Below, piece after piece: positions 28,981-43,400 of a DNA stretch of 64,000 nt. Below the pieces are notes generated by a model that was not told the origin of the DNA, searched no databases, and saw only the letters and a program-made list of their open reading frames with translations. The DNA is from Octopus vulgaris. Taxonomy: Eukaryota. Made by a program: the position numbers and the translations under genes. The number at the start of each line of letters is the position of its first letter. The first letter of the stretch is position 1. The stretch covers positions 196,230,001 through 196,294,000 of the forward strand of contig OX597815.1 in assembly GCA_951406725.2 (NCBI GenBank), in the 5' to 3' direction.

Positions 28981-29802
28981 CCGAGCCGAAACGAAGATTT
29001 TCACTGAAGTGACCCATGTGGACGTTAGACGCGTTTCGTCCATCACAGTATCAAGGAATATTGAAATATACTTTTGAGAACGAATGAATGCAATATATAT
29101 GAAGGGAAGAAAGGTTTTAGGAACATACATTATATATTTTGAAATCGTATTTAAAATTCTGAAAAGTGCAAAGGAGTAAACAGAAATAAATGTGGTCGTA
29201 CAGACACAGACACCATGCTAATCATAATAAACTGGACGGACGAATACTAATTTCGAAATATGTAAAGACATGGAAAATGTATATTTGGAGATATGTAAAG
29301 AATCGATCTCATGAATTCAAGGTCGGGGTCAAAAGTCTTTACAAAACGATCAATAAAATAATATAAAATACTATAATATAACATATGTGTGCATATCCTA
29401 TATCCTGGTCGATAAAAAGCCATATGGAAGATAAAAGCGTAAAGGCAAAAATAAATAGATAATAAAACTTTTATAAAATTATATAAATATCGAATATGAC
29501 GGCCTGAGAAACAAATGAAATTCAAAATACGAAAATGCCACCAAATATTTTGAAGTTATGAAAAAAGTGAAGCATTTGCGACAGTGAAAAAATGGCAGTA
29601 TGCTAATATATTAATAGTTCTGTGCCGGAAGCATTGATGGCAGTTACTTCGATGATTACCATCCACAGTTCAATGATTCACATTTAAGATTCAAGGCCGA
29701 TTTGTCTTGAAACTGGATAAAATATTTTTCAATTAAGCATAACAGCCATTTGATAGACTAGCGGCAGGATACAGTTTATATGTCCTTATATCTATCGAAA
29801 TT

Positions 29803-30032
29803 AAGCAGCGAGCTGGCAGAAACGTTAGCACGCCGGGCGAAATGCGTAGCCGTATTTCGTCTGTCGTTACGTTCTGAGTTCAAATTCCGCCGAGGTCGAC
29901 TTTGTCTTTCATCCTTTCGGTGTCGATAAATTAAGTACCAGTTACGCACTGGGGTCGATGTAATCGATTTAATCCGTTTGTCTGTCCTTGTTTGTCCTCT
30001 CTGTGTTTAGCCCCTTGTGGGTAGTAAAGAAA
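29803..30032 (+). mobile_element. SINE family A, full length
   Basis: 16-bp TSD tatatctatcgaaatt at 29787-29802 and 30033-30048. Confidence 0.92.
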
Positions 30033-30388
30033 TATATCTATCGAAATTTGATTTCGTCCGATTTATTTTGATCGGCTTTCTTTCTGTGTCCGTATGTTCG
30101 CTTTGTATCCTTTTCGTATCTATCAGTTTAATATCTCTGTCCAACGCATGTTTTAGAATCGTTTTTACCTCCTCTATATACTCTTCTTGTCAATCCACAT
30201 TCGATCGAAATTATAAAATTTAAGTTATAATATTTGTTAACCTACCTCCCACTTTTGCTTCTTTTCCTTTTCTTTACTTTTCTATTTCTCTCTTTCACAT
30301 TCCACCCCGTCCTTACTCGATTATCTTCTTTCCCTAACTCTGTCGCTCTCCGCATTTCTTCTTTATAGAAAGCTTGTCTGTTTATCTA

Positions 30389-30941
30389 TGGGGTTGTCCG
30401 GAAAGAAAGAAGTCAATAAATACTTGCCATTACATATTTAATTAACCAAATATCAACCATTTTGTTGCACAAGGCGTCTCCATCTTTCCTTTAACTTGTA
30501 AATACCCTCTTCCCATAATGGAGGTGGTTTCATGGTAAAGAATTCATCAAGGTATCTTTTTACGTCATCCAAGGAATTGAAATTTCTACCGTTATGACTA
30601 TTCTGCAGAAACCCTGAATAAGTGGGAGAAGTTCTTTCGGATAAAGAAACATCACCGTAAAGTGCGCATATTTCTTTGGTTGCTTGTGAGGCATTTTTTT
30701 CCCTTTACGGAAAAAGGAAAGCATCAAATGCCCAAAAATGAACTTTCTTATCTTCCATTTTAAAGGGTTACAGAATTAACACAAGTTTTAGAAACGTAAA
30801 CCTTTTTCCACGAAAAGATAGCTTAAACTATGCTCTAAATTGAGGTGTAGTCAAATCCTATTTTACGCGCTCAACCATGTTCTAAAATAAGTCGAAAGAT
30901 AAGCAACTATAAATCGGCATGAACTTTCCGGACAACCCCTA
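30389..30941 (-). mobile_element. Internally deleted mariner transposon (transposase pseudogene fragments)
   Basis: TIRs ggggttgtccggaaag / ctttccggacaacccc. Minus strand encodes N-terminal MEDKKVHF/GHLMLSFFRKGK/NASQATKEICALYGDVSLSERT joined directly to C-terminal HLFR/LQNSHNGRNFNSLDDVKRYLDEFFTMKPPPLWEEGIYKLKERWRRLVQQNG. The catalytic core is deleted. Confidence 0.9.
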
Positions 30942-31410
30942 TATTTATTGATACATTTACTTTTGCTTGTTTTTCATGTTACTCAATCGTCCCTGGCTTA
31001 GTTTTAAAGTTTTATATATGGCGTATTTCATTTCTCGAATTCTAGAAGAATTCTCCTTTTCCTTGCAGTTATTTTACTTATTTCAATGTAAAAAAAGTGA
31101 TTTATGTTATTAAGTTATACTTTCAGTTTCGACGTTCGGATTTAAATATTTAAGTTTCTTTCGTCAAACTGTCAGCCATTTTCATTATCTATGCTATTTC
31201 GGAGAGTAATAAACTTGCACACAATCAAAACTTAATGTTTATTTGATGACTTTCTAAATAATTAACACTGCACTGTTTCTAAACATTTATATACTGTCCC
31301 ATCATATATGGTATTGTTTAAAAAAAAAAAACACGACTGTCTGCTAACCAATTACTTGATTCTCCGAATAACAATATTTTTAAAGACTTCAGCTCCAGTA
31401 AAATTATAAA

Positions 31411-31570
31411 GGCGCAGGCTTAGCTGTGTGGTAAGAAGCTTGTTTCCCAACCACATGGTTCCGGGTTCAGTCCTACAGTGTGTTTCTACTATAGCCTCGG
31501 GCCGACCTAAGCCATGTGAGTGGATTTGGTAGACGGAAACTGAAAGAAGCCGGTCGTATATATGTATATG

Positions 31571-31612
<42 letters not shown>

Positions 31613-31812
31613 TGTGACTGTTTGTCCCTCCAACATCGCTTGACAACAGATGCTGGTGTGTTTACGTCCCCGCAACTTAGCGGTTCGGCAAAAAAGACCG
31701 ATAGAATAAGTACTAGGCTTCGAAAGAATAAGTCCTGGGGTCGATTTGCTCGACGAAAGGCGGTGCCCTAGCATGGCCGCAGTCAAATGACTGAAACAAG
31801 TAGAACAGTAAA
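31411..31812 (+). mobile_element. SINE family B, near full length
   Basis: ggcgcagg...gtgtggtaagaagcttg head, central (TG)n, tail ccgcagtcaaatgactgaaacaagta. Confidence 0.92.
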
Positions 31813-32159
31813 GGGACGGTTATATATATATATATATATATATATATGAATATACGGCGTGCCTTTGTCTCTCTCTCTCTCTCTCTCTGTAATTGAGTGC
31901 GCGCGCGTGTGTGTGTGCGCGCGCAAATTGTAACTGTAAGAAAAATATGTTCAACAGGAATTTTATGCCAAACGAAAGAATGTCGTACATATATAGAAAC
32001 ACACTTGAGCGCATACACACCCACATACACAGAGACACACTTATAGACAACACACACCAACGCACACACAAACACACCCTCTCACATATATAAATACATA
32101 TTAAAACAAAAACTGTGTTAGCTTTCAGGGTCATCTAATGACCTTAATGCATGTGCTAT

Positions 32160-32276
32160 ATTATCATTATGATTATTATTATTATTAATATCATCATTTT
32201 TACTTTTGTTGCTGCTGTTGTTCTTGTTATTATTATTATTATTATCCTTATTATTATTATCCTTATTATTATTATA

Positions 32277-32329
<53 letters not shown>

Positions 32330-32336
32330 TACTATT
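32160..32336. repeat. (ATT)n microsatellite
   Basis: Direct reading. Confidence 0.95.
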
Positions 32337-32922
32337 CTAGCTACTGAAATGGGTGTGTTATATTTTCTTTACATCTTGAATGTCAGATCTGTAATCTAGT
32401 GAAAATGCGTCTGGTTTCCGTACTCATTTATCATTTGAATCTCATTTTCTCCCACACTCTTTCTCTCTATCTCTCTCCTCCAATCCTCGTCTCTGTATCT
32501 TTCTCCATTTCTTTTCCCCCTCCGTCCCCTTCTATCTTAGCTGCTGTCGTCTGCCTGTCTGCTTACTCTTCTCTTCATCCCGTATTTGCATTCAGACACA
32601 CACATACTAAAAAACTTACGCATAAACATAGATATATTCGACCTGATATAACTCAAAATTATTTCTAGCAAAAGATTCGCCAGTTAAATCATTACTAGGA
32701 GAAATTATTAGTACAATATTACTTATAAAAGGTTAGTTAGTTTTGGGGGAGAAAAGTCAGATATTAAATAATAGTGAGCGATTACAGAAGCTGTAGAAAA
32801 GGAATATTCATACGGGTAGATATAGTAAAGTAGAGCGGTACGTTGCAGCAGTTAGGTCGATCTGCTGGCGAATATGGAACTACTTTAATCGTGCGTTTGT
32901 AAACTGGAGGACAACAATTATG

Positions 32923-33357
32923 AAATCTTTATTATGATGAAAATGATCTTCCATAGAAAGGGACGTTACGAGGCAAACAAAAACAAAAAAATGTTACATG
33001 AGTTCGTATGAATATCGTTTTAAAAATTTACTAAAAAATATTTTATACAATTATTAATTTCCTTTAAACTAGAATTTTTTTTTAATAAAAAGAAAAGTAA
33101 GAAAGTAAACGAATAAAAGTTTAAAAGATCGAACCCGGCAGCGTATAAGGCCCAGCAACTAACTTTTCCGTTCGTCATTGATTAAGCAGGGTTACTAACA
33201 CCCACCTTTCTCATCACATCTTTTCATCGTTTCTCTTATTCTCTCGGTGGCAGGGTCTTCTTCTCCAACCCCATCTTGCTCTTCAGATGGTATCTGAAGT
33301 AAGACAGCAAACCGGGGCCAGAGATGAAAGACCCTTTCACTGAACCTTCCATTCTCG
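32923..33357 (-). mobile_element. 5'-truncated L1/Tx1-clade LINE 3' end with 17-bp TSD
   Basis: TSD ggaggacaacaattatg at 32906-32922 and 33358-33374. Minus strand reads RMEGSVKGSFISGPGLLSYFRYHLKSKMGLEKKTLPP (Tx1-like ORF2 C-terminus) and ends near aataaa. Confidence 0.7.
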
Positions 33358-33879
33358 GGAGGACAACAATTATGTGAACACTCGTACTTTTGATTATTTA
33401 TGTTAATCCTGGATCTATGGCGCTCCTCAGTTGGATGTTGTTCGAAACCTCAGTTACAGGAGGTTTACTTTATCCACATATTCACATATTTTGTATACTA
33501 CGCATACTTCTCATCTAATTTTTCACTATCCCTTTCCAATCCCTATTCATCACTTTTATGTAAACCCACACCCAAGTTGTAACCGCTTGTTGTTATTTCC
33601 CCACTAATTCCACGCCCAAGTTGTAAATAAAGGAATTTCTTCCTCTTCTCTGGCGCTGTTGTTTTATTTCTCTTTTTGTTTCTTTTCATTGCCCTATTGA
33701 GCAGAGCCTTGCTAGCTTAGATTATATTATGGTTTCGTTCTTTCTGTTGTAATGAAATTATTCTATTTATTTTTGTGTATATCCCCCAGTTCTACTTTAT
33801 GTTTTGTGAGATTTATAAACGCTAAATTTTTGCATCTTTCACAATTCGTTATTATTTTTAATGTTGTGTAAAAAAAAAA

Positions 33880-34265
33880 GGCGGAGAACTGGCAGAAACG
33901 TTAGCACACCGGGCGAAATGCGTAGCCGTATTTCGTCTGCCATTACGTTCTGAGTTCAAATTCCGCCGAGGTCAACTTTGCCTTTCATCCTTTCGGTGTC
34001 GATAAATTAAGTACCAGTTACGCACTGGGGTCGATGTAATCGACTTAATCCGTTTGTTTGTCCTCTCTGTGTTTAACCCCTTGTGGGTAGTAACTAAATA
34101 GGTATTTCGTCCGCCGCTGCGTTCTGAGGTCGAATTCCGCCGAAGTCGACTTTGCCATTCATCTTTTCGGATCGATAAATTAAATGCCATTTGAACTCTG
34201 GGGTCAATGTAATCGACTCATCCTCAACTCCTCCAAGCTCCTCATTCGGCAAAAATTTGAAATAA
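33880..34265 (+). mobile_element. Dimeric SINE family A
   Basis: Complete monomer 33880-34100 followed by a second headless monomer starting ggtatttcgtcc. Confidence 0.88.
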
Positions 34266-34487
34266 TACTGTGCTATTGAAATATTGTCGCTATTAAAATT
34301 TTTTTTGTCTATTATACTCAATATTGTTTCGAACCCCACCATTACGGGTATTATTACTTCATTTTTATTGTTTTCAAATCAACATAATTCTCTTATTTGT
34401 TTAAAAAAAAGATAATAATGTGGCACTTTCTTTCCTGGTGGATTTTGATGAAACAGAAACCTGATGTTTTCTGTTTGTGTATATCGA

Positions 34488-34539
<52 letters not shown>

Positions 34540-34544
<5 letters not shown>

Positions 34545-34655
34545 GACTTATTCTTTGTAAGCCTAGAACTTATTCTATCGGCCATTTTTGCTTTTGCCGG
34601 ACCGCTAAGTTACGGTGACATAAACACACCAACATCGGTTGTCAAACAATGTTGA

Positions 34656-34686
<31 letters not shown>

Positions 34687-34834
34687 ACGGGATTCTTTCA
34701 GGTTCCGTCTATCAAATCCAATCACAAGGCTTCGGTCGGCCTGAGTTTATAGTCGAAAACACCTGCCAATGCTGACACGCAGTGGGACAGAACCCAGAAC
34801 CCTGTAGTTGTGAAGCACGCAGCCACGCCTGCGT
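34540..34834 (-). mobile_element. SINE family B, partial
   Basis: Matches other copies; 3' end replaced by (CT)n. Confidence 0.85.
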
Positions 34835-35862
34835 CCATATACTTATATATATATATATGCGCATGCTCATATATGATATGAGGATATTCCAGTTTCGTTC
34901 TATAGAATTTCCCTCTTGTATTTGTTACGTTTGGGACAGTAGAAATCAAGCTGAAACGGTCGGACATTTTGTACGAATGAAGCTGTACCCGATTGAAATA
35001 TGATCTTCCACTTAACTACGCAGCCATATCTAGCTGATTTGTTCAATAAAATAATAATTTCGTTGAAGTTAGTTTGCAATTTGGAACAATCTTTCCTACA
35101 GATGTTATTGATTGACGTCGTAAAACAAACAATGGAAATAAATATCAGGAAATTAAAGGCTGATAGATGAAGTATTTAATATCTATATTATCGAGTTTAG
35201 TATGAAACCCGAAGAAGTAAACTTATCGTAGTAATAAAATATTAGTCTGGTCTTGGGTAGATTCAAGTGCAGATATTGAAATATATGATCAATATAGATG
35301 CGGGACTATAAATTCATATATTTCTGATAAAACTATAAAAATATGGATAGAGCTTATTAGCTTTATTTCTTTGATTTCTGACATAAGTGTTCTGAGATGC
35401 TGTTTTCTGTCTTGTTAAAGGTGTTCGATACCAATTAAAATTATTTTATGAACTAATCTATCTATCGATATATATTTCCATTCTCCGAGGCATCTGGATG
35501 TAGTGTCTGACTGATTGATACCACAATTACGTCTAACAGGGCAAGTAATCACTTGGATCCCCTCTCGCCGACCAATCATTTGACTGGGTTTTAGTTCGTT
35601 TTCTTTTCACTTTTTGAACTTGTTGCCCGTATTTTCTTTATTATGGTCGTCCTTTTGTCTGCTGTGATTCTTGATGGTGATCTTCTTTCACTCAAAGTCA
35701 GGCTGGATTATCGAATAAATGTATTGCACCTGTGACCACCCCGTTCTTTTAGGAGTTATGCGTATCCATACATTTCACGCATACATGTTCACTTAAACAC
35801 ACACACACAAACACACACACACACACACACATACACACACACATCACACACATACACACACA

Positions 35863-35927
<65 letters not shown>

Positions 35928-36137
35928 TCATCGACTCTTAGAGAACACCCATGTTTAGGTCACCCCTTCTTTATGTATTTCTTTGTTTCTTTGAATGTTG
36001 AAATTTACTCCTTTTCGCTAGTGGAACTAGTCATAATTGCTATTTGATAATTATTATACATCTTCTAGAGGCGGAGATAATGTTAACAAAACAAGAATTA
36101 CTGTTTTGTAATTAGTCATACCGGCATATGTATGCGC

Positions 36138-36192
<55 letters not shown>

Positions 36193-37301
36193 TACATATA
36201 TACATAGATGTGTGTGAGTACACAAACACATACACACATATTATGAGCCTATAAATATAGTCCTTCCATGTAAAGAGTTGAAGGTGATGCTTAGAAAATT
36301 TGATTACTCTTTCTAGCGGTTTGAGCAACCACTTCGAGGTTTCTGTTTCGTGACGTACTGGAAGTATCATTGAAAGACATAGAGTAAGTGGAAAGGAAAC
36401 ATTACTCTCAGCTGGCAAGATAGGCGTGGTTCATAAACCATAATACAGCACTTAATAAAATACTTTAGTTAGCTGGGATATTATATTTACTGCACAGCAT
36501 TCAACTGGCTTCTACTATTCATATCGTCCGTTGCATTTATATTGGTGTATATCACAAGACTGCGAATCGATCATAAAAAGAAATAAAGAAATAAAACGAA
36601 AACAGTTCAAAGAGGCGTCTTATCAAAAACTTCTATCTCTTCTATAGTTTTGACCAAAATCGTGTTATTGATTTCTTTTAATATTTACACAGCAAAGGTT
36701 ATTGGATTTTTAGATACGGCAAAGTGTGCAATAATATTACTCTGTGTGATATTTACTTACCATCTTTTAGGTTCTGAGTTCAAATCTGCGACTTTCATTC
36801 TTTGGAGAATCGATACAATAGAGTACCAGTCAAGTACTTAAATTGATTTAGTCGACTATTGCTGTGGCCATATGTGAGGTCTTATGCGTATATTTTCCGA
36901 GAAAAATTAGATGCATTGGCAGAAACAGTGTAGCAATCGGACACAATGCTTTGTGTGATTTAGTTGCAAAACTTCAGTTTCTGAGTTCGAATCATTCCAA
37001 TTTCGACTTTATTTTTCAAAATTCGATATCGATAGTATAATTTTATTTTGGTCGAGGCCTACTTCCTTTGATAGAAATCAACATTACCGGACACATTTGG
37101 GTCCCAATGAAAACATTACCTCTCATAGAGAGAGAGAGCGACAAATGTAGAATTTTCCCGGTATAGGATATATTCTTGGAAAAAAATCATTATTTCCTCC
37201 TGGAAAATATCAATCAGCAACTGACGTGCACTGCGATGCAGAATATCAAATTACATGGCTTTTATTTACTAAAAAGAAAAACTATAATGTATTACTCCTT
37301 A

Positions 37302-37325
<24 letters not shown>

Positions 37326-37334
<9 letters not shown>

Positions 37335-37721
37335 TCTTTTACTTGTTTCAGTCATTTGACTGTGGCCATGCTAGAGCACTGCCTTTAGTCGAGCAAATTG
37401 ACCCCAGGATTTATTCTCTGTAAGCCTAGTACTTATTCTCTCGGTCTCTTTTGCCGAACCTTGAAGTTACGGGGACGTAAACACACCAGCATCGGCTGTC
37501 AAGCGATGTTGGGGGGTCAAACACAGACACACAAACATATACACATACATATATATATACATATATACGACGGGCTTCTTTCAGTTTCCCTCTACCAAAT
37601 CCACTCTCAATGTTTTGGTCGGCCCGCGGCTATAGTAGAAGACACTTGCCCAAGGTGCCACACAATGGGACTGAACCATGAACCATGTAGTTGGTAAGCA
37701 AGCTACCTATCACACAGCCAC
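37326..37721 (-). mobile_element. SINE family B
   Basis: Reverse complement of the 31411 and 58687 copies. Confidence 0.92.
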
Positions 37722-38442
37722 TATATTTATGCACCAAAGTGCGTGCAAAGCCTAAAATTTGTCTTCTTCCTTCACTCTTCTACATTGCCGGGAGAGAGAC
37801 AAATGGCAGTTGTGTCTCTCCTGTAAATATATGACGTATCGGTAAAGTACTGGCTGTTATTCTTCACTTAACTATTTATTTAGTTTTCGTTACTCTCGAG
37901 GAATAGCTCACGTTGCACTGTGAGGAATCTCATGAGGAGATAAGGTAGTGGCAAGATAGTCAAAAATTCAGAAGGGTTTCTTTAAGGGGCTAGGAATATC
38001 TTGCTATTAAAAGTCATATACGTGTGGAGAACTCCCGAAGTATGCACCGCTGCTCACTGCAGCATGGAATGGGAATAAGAAAAAAAGAAGAAATATATAT
38101 GCATCTATTAATCTATCTATCTACTTATCTATTGATTATTAGCGTCAGAGTTAGTACTGATACCAAAAGATAATCTTTGTATTCAACTTAGCATGGATAG
38201 TTTATTAGAAAACCGAATATTGCGTCATTCCCCTTGAGGGAATCTCTCATATAGTCGTTTGGTGTATAAACGCACACACATAAATCGTAGCTTACGCTAA
38301 TTTTCTGCCCGGCGCCTATTATCTTTTGCTATATACATATATATATATATACCGGAGTAAACACATAAATGTGAAACAAGGTGGAAAAAAGAGTACTCAA
38401 ATACTGTGGTAGAGTAATATGCTCTATTTAAAGCAGCAGAAA

Positions 38443-38628
38443 ATTTCTTTATTGCCCACAGGGAGCTAAACATAGAGGGAGCAACACAAAGGGTTAAAGT
38501 CGATTACACCGACCCCAGTGCGTAACTGGTACTTATTTAATCGACACTGAAAGAAGGAAAGGCAAAGTCGACCTCGGAGGAGTTTGAACTCAGAACGTAA
38601 CGGCAGACGAAATACCGCTAAGCTCGCC
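38443..38628 (-). mobile_element. SINE family A
   Basis: Reverse complement of the 29803 copy, with deletions. Confidence 0.85.
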
Positions 38629-40734
38629 ACTACACATATATTTATATGTGTGTGTGTGTCTGTGTGTGTCTGTGCGTCTCTCTCTGTGTGCGCACACACA
38701 CAAATACACAGAGAGAGAGAGAGACAGAGAGAGAGAGAGAGACAGAGAGAGAGGGAGAGAGAGAGAAATAATTTACTTATATCTTGCATTAAATATCACA
38801 AAGTCAATAACCCCAAATATATTTTGTAATGTATGCATGTCTTTCCGTATCATTAACGAAAGCAATGCATGCCTACATATCTGAATCTAACGATCCTCAC
38901 ATTACTGCGACTAGAAGATGTTTTACATGCTTCATTATTTAACCAGTATTCTAATATCTCAGCTTAACAAAACGCTATGGAATATCAAAAAGATCAAAGC
39001 GGGGAAGAGAGGGATAGAACTTGTTCTTTAGTATTATAAGTTTGGGCACAGTGTTGATTGAGGTCTATGATAGCTGACACATTCAGACATCACAAACGAT
39101 GTATTTACATATGCTTTGTTCATTCAAAGCATGTTTTCTGTTTAATGTCTGTTATCTGAGATTATTGTTTAGTCTTGGAATATCAATGAGTTTTAATAAA
39201 TAACCATTCATTTACAATTTATTACGCAGCTTCATTTTGAGGGAAAAAAATTGCATTTTCAAATTCAATTTTTCTTGTCATTTCAAAAACAATTATTCTC
39301 ACTTATACGCTGCTAATAACTCGCAACGTGTAATAATTACTTCGCATGTAAAAATAAATAAAAGAAGCAAATGAATAAATAAATAAATGAAAAGGAACAT
39401 TAGTCTTTTAAATATTCAGGGCAGCTTTCTCGATTGGTAGCAGATTGTAAACACGTGTTGCTTTGGAATATAATATCTGTTAATATCTATATTCTGGAAG
39501 CATTTAGTTTAATGTGTCTGTCGTATGTTGCGTTTTGCTTAACGTTATCTGTTTAAAAGACATTTAACAATGTTCAGACATTAAATTTGTTTACTTCAAT
39601 ATCATTATTTTACTTTTACGGCTTTCGAAGTTTTCATTTTATCTTTACGCTTCATCAGTTTACATTTCATCATTATACTTCCTTGAATAGATTGATCTGA
39701 TTACTTACTTCGCCTCTATACAATATTTAGCAAGCGATGAATTCTGCTTCGAAATTGGATTTAGATCTCATGATAGTTATTTTGCTTAAAATATAGAAAA
39801 AAAAAAAAAAATCTTATAGAAGAGACATGGTAACAAGAGGTATGAAGTGTGTGCGCTAATTACATAGTATTATGAAAAAATAATGTCGTTAGTTGAATCC
39901 GTATCGTTATACAAAACAAACATCTAAAATCACAAATACACATACATATATATATGTATGTGTATACAAATACGCATACACACACACTTCATCATCAATT
40001 ATTTTGGTGGGGTGGGGTGGGGGTCTATAGCAAACTTTACTATCACTGAGTGGAAAGTTTAAATAAAGCCTTATATGTAACTTGAGAAGAAAACATAAAA
40101 ATTACACGGCAGTATTTAAATCCAAATTATAAAAAAAAAATACAAAGAAACATCTACTAAAAATACATTATAAACCTTTTTACCACATTAACAAATACTC
40201 TATGAAGACTATAAATTCTTTACCAATGTTTCTTCTGATTTAGTATTTCTAATGTTAATTTGCTTTCACTTAATATAAAAAATGTTGAGTCTATCCAGCT
40301 CTAGGTTTCTGTCTGTCTGTCTGTCTCTGTTTCTCTTTTCGTTTCCGCTTGACTTTGTTCTTGAATCTCACTTTGGGTCTACTAATATTATGATAGTCAT
40401 AATTACTGTTAGTTGGGAGAATATGACTTTCTTTACGAGTCTATTATTACCGAGTCTGCCTATGTGGTCTCTCCAATGGAAAATGTTTTGCATGATTAGA
40501 TTTTTCATGGAATGAAAGTTACCCTTCCTGGGAATATCACCATTTGATGTTCGTGATAACTCTCAGTGGTGGCATGACAAAAGCACAGTTTTGTCTTGTG
40601 TTTTGTAAATTGTCCCTGCTTCTACATCATGCAGTAAAGCTGAGATGACAATGGCTCTTCCTGTGTGTTTGTGCTTATGTGTATGCATGTGCACGTGCGT
40701 ATGCGTGTGTTTGCCTGTGTGCATGTTTTCCGGC

Positions 40735-40965
40735 TATTGCATCAACTATACTTTCTTCTCTGAAAACATCCGCAGAGCCATTCTCAAGGACAAAAGCGCA
40801 GGCAGAAGAAAAGAAACTCCACGTCATCTAAACGTGACCAGGCCTCCAACTGCAGCCAATGCGACTGTACCTATCTGTACCGCATTGACCTTGTCAGTTA
40901 TGAGCGTGCCTGCATTCAACGCGGGACAGGCCCTTCCTAATCTTCGTTCGCGAAGCCAAACCAAG
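40735..40965 (+). mobile_element. RTE-clade LINE 3' end
   Basis: FSENIRRAILKDKS.GRRK, then a frameshift to DQASNCSQCDCTYLYRIDLVSYERACIQRG* (compare RTE C-x2-C..SRIGL.SH.RAC); 3' UTR taatcttcgttcgcgaagccaaacc. Confidence 0.8.
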
Positions 40966-42444
40966 GGGAGAGAAATATATTGCGTTTCTGCTGTTGTTCC
41001 ACTATTCTACATATTCTCTTTCCCTGCTCTTTTAAATTCTCGTTTCAATTTTCTCTGGATTTATTAGGATCAGATAAATCAATATTTTTTCTATATTTTT
41101 CACCTTTGTTCTTGTTATTGTTATTGCGTACACCGTCATTAGAGTATATTCTTTAATATTGATATTTTAGAAATCTTTAAATTAATTGTGCAGTTATTTC
41201 CGGTCACTTTTGTTTCAGTTTCTTTTATACATACCTTTTCTTTTTTGCTCTTTACCTGAATGTTCAGCAAATATATTGCTTTCAATTTATATTTAGAACG
41301 CACTCTGCTTGTAAATGAATCGACGTATTCATTACTGTAACCTTAAACGTTTCACCTTTACTTGTGTAAGTTAACAATAAGCAGGCATTTCAGCTGCTAT
41401 TTGTATGAACAAATTCGCATGTCTCTCAATGAATGCAGCGTGGATTAAGTCTGCGGACGTCAAAAGTTCACTATTGTAGAGTGTGTTTATTTCTTACATT
41501 TCAGCGACTCTGAGATAACATTGTTACCATTCTGACTGACATAATTCTTCCCCACTCTCCAATGATTTTAGAGAGAAAGTCTCTGTGTTGTATACATATA
41601 CATATGCTCTTACTCATGCGCATTCCAACCTATTCACATACAAAGACACACAATCTCATACTCATATATGCTAATTATATATAATAGAAGGTCTCAGAGT
41701 GTGACTATGCGAGTGTTTATGCGTATGTGTGTGTGTTCAGTTGTCTGTTGAATATTCGTTTGGTATTTTCATGTTATTGAACAGTTGTAAACATTATATA
41801 GCAACATTTAAGATAATATGATGTCGGCTTTAACAAGTGTATTAGGCATTTTCAATAGTATACTATAATGTAAATATAGGTACATTATATTCCTCTCAAT
41901 AGGATAATTCTGTGATATCAATTATACTCATTAACGTTAAAGGCTTCAACATGCACACTATTGTGTTCTTTTAAGAAAATTTCTCATTCATATAAGTAAA
42001 TATTTTTTTCCAGTTTGCAATTGAGTTCAAAATCCCACCGATTTCGATTTTACCTTTCATCCTTTCGGAATCAATAAAATTAGTAACCAGTTGAGCAATG
42101 ACGTTGAAGTCATCGACTAACCCTCGATCCAAATTGCTGGCCTTGTGCCAAAATTTAAACCAATATACGTTGAGACCGTATGAGTAATAAAAGCCGATAT
42201 CATACCATCATAGTTCTCGATACGGAAGGGTTTTAACGAAAGGTATCATGTTGCTGTTTGACATGAAATAAGGTATGAATAGTCTAGTTTTTAAATAGAT
42301 CGGATATCGAAACTAAATGTTACTAATGCCACATTTAATCGTTCTAACCCTCTGAAATACAGTAGCGAATATGTCTAGGAATGTGCAATAAAATTGCATT
42401 TGGAAATTCCGTGGGAAGAGCTAATACTCAATCAGACTCCAATA

Positions 42445-42592
42445 CTGAATCACTACTTATCTTATCGACCGCAAATGGATGAAAGGCAAAGTGAGCCTCA
42501 GCAGAATTTGAACTCTGAACAAAAAGACGGACGAACGAAACGTGGCTAAGCATTTTGCCCAGTGTGCTAAAGATTCTGCCGGCTCGTCGTCT
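42445..42592 (-). mobile_element. Older SINE family A copy
   Basis: ggatgaaaggcaaagt...tttgaactc...gtgctaaagattctgccggctcg. Confidence 0.75.
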
Positions 42593-43400
42593 TGTTCCCA
42601 AATATAATACTACACGCTATCATGAATACTTTTAATATAGATTAACCTCAGGCATTTTGAAATGCAAATACCATTCATATTATGCAAATTAACTGCGATC
42701 CTCATTTCCATTAGCATGTCGCTTCTGTCCCCCCAACCAACGTCGAACGCCCTAGAGAGGCCAGGGTCGCTGCTATTCATTTTACTATTCCATGTAAAAA
42801 ATCTCTGATACATCAATCTTAAAATATATCAGCTGCAACAATATCCAATTGATTTTTTGACGTAAACCCAGCCTTCAGTTGTATTGTGATCAATAACATA
42901 CCATAAAAAAAATAATCAGAAGTTGTTCATCGAGTTCATCACGTTCGTGGGCAATTGTTGACTTCCAATAATAACATGAATTTGTAACGAGGGCAGATGT
43001 TACAAATCAGTAGATCGTATTTTGAATATTTGATTATGCTTTCAACGTCGAATTTTCATCAGCCAGAAATGTATTTGGCATCTCACAATTATTAGAATTA
43101 GTTAAACTTTGTATTGTACTCACTTTCGGTGATTATACGAAATCACTTTGTGAAATAGCTTGTGTTTACATTATTTGTTAATTAAATCATTCGTGTAGCT
43201 TATGAAGCACACTCTCTATTCTATCCCGCAGTGCCAGATATTGCACAGGGTTATTGTTTTCTTATTTATTTATGTGGGTATATATTTGGGTTCAGACTGG
43301 TAAATTTTACGAGGCCTAATATTATTAGCATTCCGTACAATATTTTCGTTCAGATCGATGAGGCAAGACATGATATGGAGGTACACAATACTCTGATTTT

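Noticed and set aside
40645-41067. 140-aa ORF as a host gene
   Set aside because: Chimera of a TG repeat and a frameshifted RTE 3' end.
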